A stretch of 64,000 nucleotides of DNA from Chloropicon primus (Eukaryota): assembly GCA_023205875.1 (NCBI GenBank), contig CP060757.1:186001-250000 (forward strand). Reading direction: 5' to 3'. The notes beneath the pieces are model-generated. The model saw nothing but the letters and a program-made list of their open reading frames with translations, was not told where the DNA came from and searched no databases. Position 1 is the first letter of the stretch. Each line of letters begins with the position of its first letter. Position numbers and translations under genes: made by a program. Of the stretch, positions 18,776 to 28,248 are shown in pieces.

Positions 18776-21700
18776 ATGAAGCTTCAAAAGGTTCCGCCTT
18801 TTTCCAAAAGAGAGACTTTAGAGGGAAAGAAACGAACCCGGAAAGGGTATTGCAGCAGAATGATGTTAGGGAAGCAGGTGGACACCAAGCATTGCCTCGT
18901 TCGTTGCATGATACTCGTCCTCGTGGGATCTCTCTTCGCATCCGAGCTGCGGTGCACGGAAGCCGCGAGCACGTTCATGTACGGCACGTTGCGGTGGAAG
19001 CCCGTCGCAACACCATCGACAAAGGTAAAGAAATGAATGTTTTTTTTTGGTTTGGGTTGGGTTGTCGTCCTTTCTCCTCTCTGACCTTTGGTTCGACGGG
19101 TTCTCTCCTCTTGCAGGTGGAGTTCACTTTAGAGGCGGCGTTCAAGCGGGACTACGACTGGAAGACGTCGACGGATAACCGGGAGCCGTATCAAGTGCAT
19201 CACACTGACTTGAGGGGAAACGCTCAAGCGTCTTGCCAAGCCTACACGGCGTGTGGCGTCCAAGGAAGCAAGGTGACTTGGAGCAACTTGGCTTCCCTGA
19301 ACACGGACTTGGGGCAGGACCAGTACATGTTGAAGTTCCTGACCGGGACCGGGCCGGAGGGGCAGGCGTTGGTGAACGGAAGAGTCTGCGTCAGTCCGTT
19401 CGATACGGGAGACTCGCCCAACTGCGAGAGTTATCCATTCGGGACCAAGCTGAACAACGACAAGAATCCGTTCACAGGGCAGTTCTTGCCGTACGACAAC
19501 AACGGGAACCCGATAGGGTCCCAAGCGGGCGTGCCGTGCGAGAAGCCTGACGACACCGCGCCGGACTACTGCTCGCCTTGGTCGGACACCTATGGTTTCT
19601 TCTTCGGAGACGGGTACACGCACGATGTCGTGCTCACGCTGATCGAGGTGAACGCGGAGTCGTCCTTGGCGGGGAACTACGTGAGGGGCTTCAGCGTCTT
19701 TGAGCACACGTACGCGAGCAGCAAGAAGTCTGTGAATGAGCCCTACGTAGCTTTCTTCACGGGCGGCAACAGGTTCCTGGAGCTCAACAACAACAAGGGC
19801 GGGAGGTTCCGGCTCGAGACGTCGGTGAACATCCAAGGCTCTAACCGGTCGCCGATCGCCAGCTTCATGCCGGTGATCCCTGTGCCTTACACGGGAAGGG
19901 GCGCGAAAAGCACGTACAACTACATGGCGACCTTCCAGCTGTCCGCCTACGATCCGGACATAGACGACTCGGGGTTCGGGACGGAAGACGTCAAGTACAA
20001 CATAGCTTCGTATGTGAAGCAGGGAGCTATTCTGAGCAACAGCATCCCAGAGGGCTCCTTCCCTTCTCTGTGGCAGAAGGAAACGTACGAGTCCAAGAGG
20101 CAGAGTGCGATGGCAGTGGCATGCGTGGGTCCGAATGGGGTGGACTGCCAGTACTGCAAGCCGGAAGACGGCAAGCTGTTCCTGGGCCAGCCGTTCGATT
20201 GCGTCAGGTACCCCGCGTGGGAGAACGCCAAGAACCTCGCCCACGCCCCCCCCGACCTGGTGATAGACCAGACGACGGGAATCGTGCAGTGGGAGACGGG
20301 AGTCGATCCTTTCACGACAGACACGGCGGCGTACCAGGAAAATTTTGACGCCAACGGGGACGGGGATCTCTTGGACCTCGCGGATGGCTTGAAGGGCGTG
20401 GTCCCGAACCCAGCGAAGACGCCCCTCGAGCCGGGATTCTACAACTTGGTCTTGGACATCAGGAGCAACTCTCACGACCCCTGCATGGAGACAACGCCGG
20501 CGTCGTGCATCTTCGATGACGCCAAGGGCCACATTTCCATCCCTCTGGATTTCATGCTGTACCTCTACCCCCCAATGAGAATGTGCCACGGGGACTGCCA
20601 GAATGGCGGGAGCGAGATCAACGTGATCAACGGCAGGCGGGGCGTGCCAACGTTCCAGAGCCAGACGGGAAGGTATGGCCACCACGACTCGACTTCTCCG
20701 TCGGAAAAGTGGAATTACAACTCGCCGGGGACCGGCTTGTGCTCCCTGTGCGGCGGGGGGGCGGCAAACCAGACCATGGTCTACAACCCAGACGTCTGCC
20801 AGCCAAAGTCCGGGACGTCTTGCGAGGGCTACGAATTCCTGGGTGCTCTGCAAACGAATCACATCTGCGCGAGCGGGACCGTGGATTGCTGCCCTGGAGT
20901 GCTCGTGCCATCAAATCTCCCGGAACCGACCTCTGCGGCGAGGAGCACTTACGCCAACTTTGTAGGCGCGGAGTCCGACAGCCTGGTGACCTACGACAGG
21001 ACCTGCGCCCAGGTCACCCCCCAGCCTTCCTTGGGTTTCAACAGGGTGGTCCCAGCATTTGGCTCTTGCTACCTCAACAATGCCCCGGAGTGGGTCGACG
21101 GGGACAGCTGCGCTGCTGACATTCAGAACACCCCGCCGATCGATCCTGATATCCCTGTGGCGACCGGGTCCAGGGCCAGGATCGTTTTGACGAGGGGGAC
21201 GAACATCTCCTTCGACGTGGTCGCGAAAGACGACGACCCCTGCACCGAGCTGTCGATCCAGAGCACCAGCCTTTACGAGGGGATGAGCCTGTCGGATCAC
21301 ACGAGGGACACCGCCAGGCAGGTGAGGAGGAAGTTTACCTGGAACACGAGTGGTGCCTCGGACGATCGGCCAACGGATTCCTCCGTGTGCTTCTATCCTT
21401 ACGACAATTACCTGCAGGGGGGGATGAGGTGCGTGAACATGGTCCTGCCCACGTGCTTTCAGTTCCAGAACTTTGAGCTCCTGAGCTCCGAGAGCTCTCA
21501 GCAGCTTGTCAGCTTCAGGCTGTTCGACTGCGCGGGGTACAAGGTGAGGCACCTCTCCTGCGACTCGTTCGTGATCAAGGAGAACAGCCAGATCATCGAC
21601 AGCTTCGAGACGTCGTTGAAGTGCCTGCAGCCGTACCAGGCCTACCTGATGCTGGTAGATCTCAGCGCCAGCGTAGGAAACAAAGAGACCATGCTGAGCT

Positions 21701-23676
21701 TCGTCAAGCAGTCCGCCAGGAAGTTTGTCACAGAAATGTACGGCAAGCAGTGTCAGAACAGCCAACTGATCTTTTCCATCCAAGCGTTTGCTGGTGACAA
21801 AGAGACCATGGAGATCCTATCGTTCACAAGCAACAGCGAGGATGTCCTGAGCAAGATCGACGACCTCGGCTCCGCGATCGCGAATTTCACTGATTTCAGG
21901 CCGACCAACTTGTATGGGGCGGTCGGGCACGCCCTTGACACCCTCGACAGCAAGACAAAGGAGTGGTCCGCTGCCACGCAGTATGTGTCCTCCCACCTGG
22001 TCATCTTTACGGATGGCGAGGACACCACGGGGTACTCCACCTTGGGCGCGACGAAAGCAACCATCGCGTCGAGTTCTCACGAGGTGTTTGCGGTTGGAAT
22101 AAGCTCAACGGCGTCGTTGAGTGACTCCACGCTGAATGGCCTCGGCAGCGACAACGACAAAGTGTTCAGGGCTCTGAGCTTTTCCGAGATGGATTCCGCC
22201 ATCAGCACCATTGTCACGTACGTGAAGGACAAGTTCAGCAACACGTATAGCATCGCCTACTGCTCGCCCAGGAGGAACGGGAACCACCAGCTGGAGATCC
22301 ACGCGCAAGGGCAGACGAGCGGCAACACCATCAGCTTCACATTTGATGCCAGCACCTTCACCAAGGGAGCAACTTGCACGCCGCCACCTCCACCTCCACC
22401 GTCCCCCCCACCTCCGCCACCTCCACCTCCAAAGGTGCCTTCGCCGCCGCCCCCTCCTGCGCTTCCAGGGACCGGTAACGGCTCAGTGACGGACATGCCC
22501 GTTATCCCTTCGATCTTCGGGGACGGGATTGCGGATTCGAGCCTGAGGGACAAGTTCTTGCAGCAAGCCAATGCGAGCTTGACCAAAGCTGCAACGACGA
22601 ATTTGACGCTGCTTTCAACAAGCTCTGCTCTCGAGAGCATCTACCTCGAGTTCGCGAGAAAGTCTCCCGCTCCCGTTCAGCAGCGCAGGAGGCTGGCCGC
22701 AAGTACGGAGACCATCGATCTCATGGAGCTGGTCTTCGCGTTCGAAGTCAACGCAAGCTCCACTGAGGTGGAGATGGCCTATCTTGAGATGGTGGAAACG
22801 AACAAGATGAAGGTGGCCGTGGGCTGGAACCCCAAAGAAGCGGAGGACCTCATGGTCTCCGTCGTCAAGCTGGAAGATGCCCTGAGCAGCGGCAGAATTT
22901 CAAAAACTCTCCTCGAGTATTCCATCAGCGTCATTCCTCAGTTCTCCTCCGAGGACGAGTTTCTCTTCAACGAGGGGTACATGCTGGCAAACAAGGTCGA
23001 GATCGACAAGGGAATCGCGAGCCTGGGGACAGCGCAGCAGGCGAAGTTGGTCGGACTTGTCGGACCCATCAAGAAGGCTGAGCTTGAAAAAATCATCGAC
23101 ACCGTTGGAAGCAGCGACAGCGTCGCGAGCCTTGTTGATGGCTCCGGCAGCGGCAGCAGCGAAGGTTTCGAGGACGAGGAGTGGTTTTACATCATTCTTG
23201 CCATCGCGGGTGGGGTCTTTTGCATTCTGATCTGCGGTCTTTGCGTCTGTTCCTCGGTGCAGAAGAACCAGATCGAGTTGGTGAAACAGATGGAGAAGCA
23301 GCTGCAGAGCGTCAAGATGAACAACTTCGTTGGGGTGAACGACCAGATGAAGACCCCCGTGAAGCCCATCAAAATTATCCAATCCGACATCAAGGGCCAG
23401 AACCTGAAGCAGAGCATGAAAGACATCGAGAACAACCTCCCGTCGAAGAATTCGCAGGATTTGGATCCCCAAATGACGATCGAAAGGAGCGAGGACATCA
23501 AGGACGACTCGCCGTACATCAGCGAGAGCGAGATCATCGATGACAGGGACATCGACGAGGCTGAGCTGGAAGTCATCGACACCCTCGGAAATGGCGACGA
23601 GAGGTTCTACCAACAAAGCTTCGATAACACCATGGACAGCAAGGGAAAAGTGTACTACGACCAGCAAAGATTGTAA
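18776..23676 (+). CDS. Large type-I membrane surface protein (~1600 aa): signal peptide, Cys-rich N-terminal region, VWA domain, poly-Pro linker, TM, acidic tail; intron 19025-19116
   Basis: Hydrophobic signal in exon 1; MIDAS DLSAS and VIFTDGED; poly-Pro at 22381-22460; TM WFYIILAIAGGVFCILICGLCVC. Start could also be 18860 or 18908. Confidence 0.8.
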
Positions 23677-23764
23677 GACTACAGATATGTATGATTTATA
23701 TAGCACACAAAAACGTTGTATAATATAACAGTATTATGATAACATCAAGTACACACTTGGCAAG

Positions 23765-24706
23765 TCACTCAGCTTTTTTGTAGGCGCCCACCTCAGCTTC
23801 GTCCCACGGCCCGCTGATCTGCACCTTGTGCTTCTCCACCGAAATGAGCAAGTAGGGGCAGACGAACGTCGTGAGCACGACTAGGATCACAAATGCGCCG
23901 GCAAACGCCATGGATATGCGGCCCACCACCCTGACAGTGATCGCGACCATCATGAGCGTGTTCACCAAGTGCGCCCTCGGGGACAGGCCGTGGAGGCGCT
24001 TGCGAAAGAAGGGGGACAACACAAACAGCCCAAGCGCGAAGGACAGGTACGAGAAGACCTGGTTCGCCGTGTCTAGCCTGCTCGAAAGGAGCACGGACGT
24101 TGCTATCGCGGATCCGAGTGACACCGCCCCAGAAACTGTCTCTGTGATCGACTTCTTGAACTTGTAGTCGTGCAGGTACAAGTGGAGCACCAGCAGCAGA
24201 ACCGAAGACGCCCCGATCGTGTCCGAGCTCACAGAGAGCGTGAGCTTCTGGTAGAGCGGGGACATGAAGAATATTCCCGTCAGAAGCAGGGCGCACTGCC
24301 TCATCGACCTCCACACAATGGGCAGCGTCCTCTCCTCTCCGGCTGACAAAGAGGCAAAGACCAAAAGCACTCCTACCAACAGGAGCATTCCAAAGTTGAG
24401 GGAAAGCAAGTCCAGCACGCCGAGCCTGCCATTCTTCAGGTGAAGGAATGTGCTCGGAACCAGGAAAGCTATGCTGATTTGCTGGGTCACCAGCTGGGAC
24501 TCCCAGACAACCTGCCTCAACTTCCTCCTCGCTATTGTGGCGTTGATCACCAACCTGTCCAGGAACTTGGCATCCGTGTGGTTATCCCTCCGACCCTTCC
24601 GACTGCCCACGTCCCACAAATTGTACTGTCCGCTCAAGCATGACGCTCCTGCTCCTGCTCCTCCTGTTGCTGCTGATGTTGATGCTGCTGGTGGTGATTG
24701 CGACAT
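23765..24706 (-). CDS. PIGC: GPI-GlcNAc transferase subunit PIG-C/GPI2
   Basis: DNHTDAKFL, LTLSVSSDTI, LYLHDY, SVLLSSRL, KVQISGPWDEA. Confidence 0.92.
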   Translation of the reverse strand: MSQSPPAASTSAATGGAGAGASCLSGQYNLWDVGSRKGRRDNHTDAKFLDRLVINATIARRKLRQVVWESQLVTQQISIAFLVPSTFLHLKNGRLGVLDLLSLNFGMLLLVGVLLVFASLSAGEERTLPIVWRSMRQCALLLTGIFFMSPLYQKLTLSVSSDTIGASSVLLLVLHLYLHDYKFKKSITETVSGAVSLGSAIATSVLLSSRLDTANQVFSYLSFALGLFVLSPFFRKRLHGLSPRAHLVNTLMMVAITVRVVGRISMAFAGAFVILVVLTTFVCPYLLISVEKHKVQISGPWDEAEVGAYKKAE

Positions 24707-25429
24707 CCTCCTCCTCACCGCAGGCTGTGGGAGTCCTCCAATTCTCCGTCCAGACCGACCACTCGACGCCGTTCAGTTTGGATCTTTTCGAAAGTTCCTC
24801 CCCTCTCCTTGCTTTCAGACAAAACAATCTTGGTGTTCGTCGTTCTCCGACATCTCAAACCAGAACCAAATCCTTCGATCAAGGTATCAATCGAAAGATC
24901 ACCACACGATGCTTGTTCTGGTTCTCCCCCCTTCGCGTCCTGAAGCCCCTCTCCCAACTCTCACCGTCTCGCGAACTCACGCCTCAGTCCCCTCCCCTCT
25001 CCCTCTCTCCACTTCCCCTTCCACAGAATCCTCACCAGAGCGCCTCTACCTTCGAGCGACAGCTCTTTCGAAAGAGCAAGAGAAGATCCTTCCCTTGGTG
25101 TCCCCCCTTCGCGTCCTCAGGCCCCTCTCCCAACTCCAACTGTATCGCGAACTCACGCCTCCCTCCGCCGTTGGCGAACTTGCGTTCGTTCCCCTGCAGA
25201 GCAGAGAGAGAGAGAGAGAGAGAGAGGGAGGGAGAGAGAGAGAGAGAGAGAGGAGCGGACGAAGGAGGGAGCGGAGGGAGAGGAAGAGGAAGGGGGGGAC
25301 AGAGGGAAGATTCTTGCCTTTCTCTTTCGAAAGTGCCCTCGCTCGAGAGAAACGGCGCTCTGGTGAGGCACTGACGGACGGGGAGGAGGGAGAGAGCAGA
25401 GGAGAGGAGAGAGAGGAGAGAGAGGAGAG

Positions 25430-26098
25430 ATGGGGACAGCGAGCGGGGTGGACAACACGGTGCGACGGCGGTGGGACAAGGAGGCGTACGAGGCGAAGGC
25501 GAAGGAGAAGGCAAAGGAGGAGGAGGAGCAAGAGGGAAGTGAACTCACAGCGAGGCAGAAGAAGTATCGTGCGTTGGACCCTCTTCACCAAGGCCTCATC
25601 ACGGAACGCTCGGCACTCAAGAGGGAAGAGGTGGAGAAGCATCGGGTGGATTATGGATCTCAAGTCGGGAAGAAGTCTGTCGTATCTCTGGTCGGGGACA
25701 GGTCGAAGCAGGGGGGGTTCTACTGCAAAACTTGCGACGTATTGATGAAGGACTCGTTGGCCTTTGCGGACCATCTGAATGGGAAGATGCACCAAAGGCT
25801 GCTGGGGATGACGATGAGGACGGAGAGGGCGAGCTTGGGGTCCGTGAAGGAGAAGCTGGCGGCCCTGAAGCGCAAGCGGGAGAGGGGTGCCAGGGCTGAT
25901 CCCGAGAAGGAGTACGAGGACAAGATGGCGCGTCTCGAGGAGGAGGAGGAGGAGAAGAAGCGGAACAGGAAGCAGGCGAAGCTGGAGAGGAAGCTGAAGG
26001 AGAAGGAGGACAGGGACAAGGAGAGGCTCGAGACGGAAGAAAACGCGGACCAGGACCTCATGGCTGCCATGGGATTCAGCGGCTTTGGGGGCAAATAA
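25430..26098 (+). CDS. ZMAT2: Zinc finger matrin-type 2 (Snu23), spliceosomal
   Basis: RRRWDKEAYE, GFYCKTCDVLMKDSLAFADHLNGKMHQRLLGM, AAMGFSGFG. Confidence 0.93.
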   Translation: MGTASGVDNTVRRRWDKEAYEAKAKEKAKEEEEQEGSELTARQKKYRALDPLHQGLITERSALKREEVEKHRVDYGSQVGKKSVVSLVGDRSKQGGFYCKTCDVLMKDSLAFADHLNGKMHQRLLGMTMRTERASLGSVKEKLAALKRKRERGARADPEKEYEDKMARLEEEEEEKKRNRKQAKLERKLKEKEDRDKERLETEENADQDLMAAMGFSGFGGK

Positions 26099-26144
26099 AT
26101 ATTCTACAATACACCTATCAATTGTGTGGTAAGCCAGCAAAGTT

Positions 26145-27611
26145 TTATGCTTCCTCACACTCGCGAAAGGAGTTGAGGTTTTCCTTGCAGAATCCCGGCT
26201 TGGGGACAGGAAAGGCTCCGCCTTGCTCGCACTGGCTTCCTTCAGGACACCGTGGGCAATGGACGAGATCGTAAGGCGAATTGCAAGGCTCTGCGATCTT
26301 CAGCCTGCCCTTGGACCTCCACGCGAGCTCCGCGATCATCGGCCCCTCCTGAACGTCTCTCCGCCTCTGCGAGTGCTTGGGAGCCTCCGAGTCAAAGTAA
26401 TGGTAAGGCACCCGGTCATCTTCCCCTCTGAAGAAGCCGAACAACGTCACTTGCCTGCAGCGTTGTAGAGCAAACATGATTGCGAAGAGTCCGTTCGTTG
26501 CCGGCATTACGAGCTCTCTTTGCACGTGGGCGTGGAGCTCTGGGCTAACCATGAACACCCGCGAGTTCGGGGACGAAGCCTTGTAATCGATAAACTTTTG
26601 GAAAGTCGCCTCGTTTGTGACCTGCTGCAACACGACTTCATCGCCAAACTTTCCAAAGTGCATCCTGTTCACGAAACGGATGTCCGTCCGATTCCCGACA
26701 AACTCCTCGAAGCCTCTCGTCGTCCCTGCATTGATCCTGATCACCGCTTGGTGCGCGTCAATCTCTTCCCCGTGCTCGTAGAACAAGCCCAGGCCGCTGT
26801 TGCCCACGACTGCGCAAGACTCGTAGACAACGGGTTTCGGATAGAGGAACGGGTCATTTTTGGGAATCAATCCTCTCAACTTCTTCGTCGCCACTCCGAT
26901 CGAGCTGGATTGTCCCCTCCACTTGGGCAGCAGAACCTTTTGGTTTTCTGGAGCGCAGACCTTCAAGTTGTACACGAACGAGCCCGTGTAATCGTAAGGA
27001 GAGGTCATGCCACGGTTCTCGTTGCTGCCCTGAGCCAAAGGGAACGTCAACACGCCAGTCCTTCTCAAAAACGTTTCGACGGAAGTTGCATCCGAGACCA
27101 CCAAGAACCTCCCAATGGCAAGGTCTCCCTCCGCTTCGGCAATGGAGCGGACCAAGTTTGCCCTTTCCTCGGAGAGCCTGTCCATCTCACCTTTCAGAGC
27201 GGCAGTTCCGCTGGCCAGGGACAGAGTCTCCTCAGCGAAGGAGGCATTCGCCGCTGCCAATTCCCCCTCTGCCCAAGCGCCCCTCTCCGCCCTCATCTTT
27301 TCAAGGCGTTCTCTTGCCTTGGCAACGAAGGATTCTTTCTCTTTCTTGCAGTTGAGCGTCTTTTGCACCTGGAGGGAAGCCTCGAGGTGCCTTAGCGTAG
27401 CCTCGGCTTCGCTCGCGGAGCGCTCTGCCTGCTGTATCTCCAGCTCCTTCCCTTCGATCTCTCCCTCCCGCACATGAAGAGAAGCGTCCACCTCCCTCAG
27501 GAGGCTCTGGGTATCCACCAGGTTGGTCCACCTCGAACGACTCCGCAGGCGAAAACCCACGGACAGCAACAGCAACAGGCAAACCAACGCCCACCGCTGG
27601 CCCGCCGCCAT
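26145..27611 (-). CDS. Sialyltransferase-like glycosyltransferase, family GT29, with long coiled-coil stem
   Basis: N-terminal anchor; L motif CAVVGNSG...IDAHQAVIRIN; S motif PATNGLFAIMFALQRCRQVTLFGF; motif III HYFD. Confidence 0.88.
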   Translation of the reverse strand: MAAGQRWALVCLLLLLSVGFRLRSRSRWTNLVDTQSLLREVDASLHVREGEIEGKELEIQQAERSASEAEATLRHLEASLQVQKTLNCKKEKESFVAKARERLEKMRAERGAWAEGELAAANASFAEETLSLASGTAALKGEMDRLSEERANLVRSIAEAEGDLAIGRFLVVSDATSVETFLRRTGVLTFPLAQGSNENRGMTSPYDYTGSFVYNLKVCAPENQKVLLPKWRGQSSSIGVATKKLRGLIPKNDPFLYPKPVVYESCAVVGNSGLGLFYEHGEEIDAHQAVIRINAGTTRGFEEFVGNRTDIRFVNRMHFGKFGDEVVLQQVTNEATFQKFIDYKASSPNSRVFMVSPELHAHVQRELVMPATNGLFAIMFALQRCRQVTLFGFFRGEDDRVPYHYFDSEAPKHSQRRRDVQEGPMIAELAWRSKGRLKIAEPCNSPYDLVHCPRCPEGSQCEQGGAFPVPKPGFCKENLNSFRECEEA

Positions 27612-27965
27612 GGCTCTCAGGCCCAGATCCCGAGAAATATCTCAACGACCGGCAACTGAGAGAGAAACGAAATTCTCCCATCCATTCCAAAACTGCCCAG
27701 GCTCAGACCTCCTCCTTCCCTCCCTCCCTCTGTTGTCTTGTGTTGTGTTCCTGTTCAGGTTGATCCCATCCCTCCTCGCGCCAAATCCTCCTCCTGGCGC
27801 CAAATCCTTCAAACTTGGTATCAATCGAAAGATCACGACACAATCTTTCGATTGCTTTCCTCCTCTTCCCTCCTTGCCACGACCTCGCGCCCTCCCAACA
27901 CGCAAACCTGTCCCTGTCCCTGTCCCTGTCCCTCCGTCTTGTCCTTGGGATCCCTGCCCCCCTTG

Positions 27966-27993
27966 AAAACCTAAAACCTAAAACCTAAAAACC
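27966..27993. repeat. Short telomere-like tract (AAAACCT)x3.5, i.e. (TTTTAGG)n on the other strand
   Basis: Directly visible, in the middle of the GT29/BRCA2 divergent promoter. Confidence 0.8.
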
Positions 27994-28248
27994 AGTTTCG
28001 CGCCATCGAATTGGATCGGTGACAGTTTTACAGAGGGCGGAGGACGAGGAAGAGGCGAGGTGATCGCGCCGAGGGTAGGGAGCGGAGGAGGTCGAGAAAG
28101 GGGAGGGAGGCGTTACCATCGGATGCCTCGTAACATCCTCTTTCGTTAGAGCCGTCGCTCGAAAGGGTTCGGTCGCGTATGAAGGAAGACCCGAACGAAA
28201 GAGTCGAGAGAGAGAAGGGGAAGGGGACTCGAGAGGAGGGGAGAGGAG

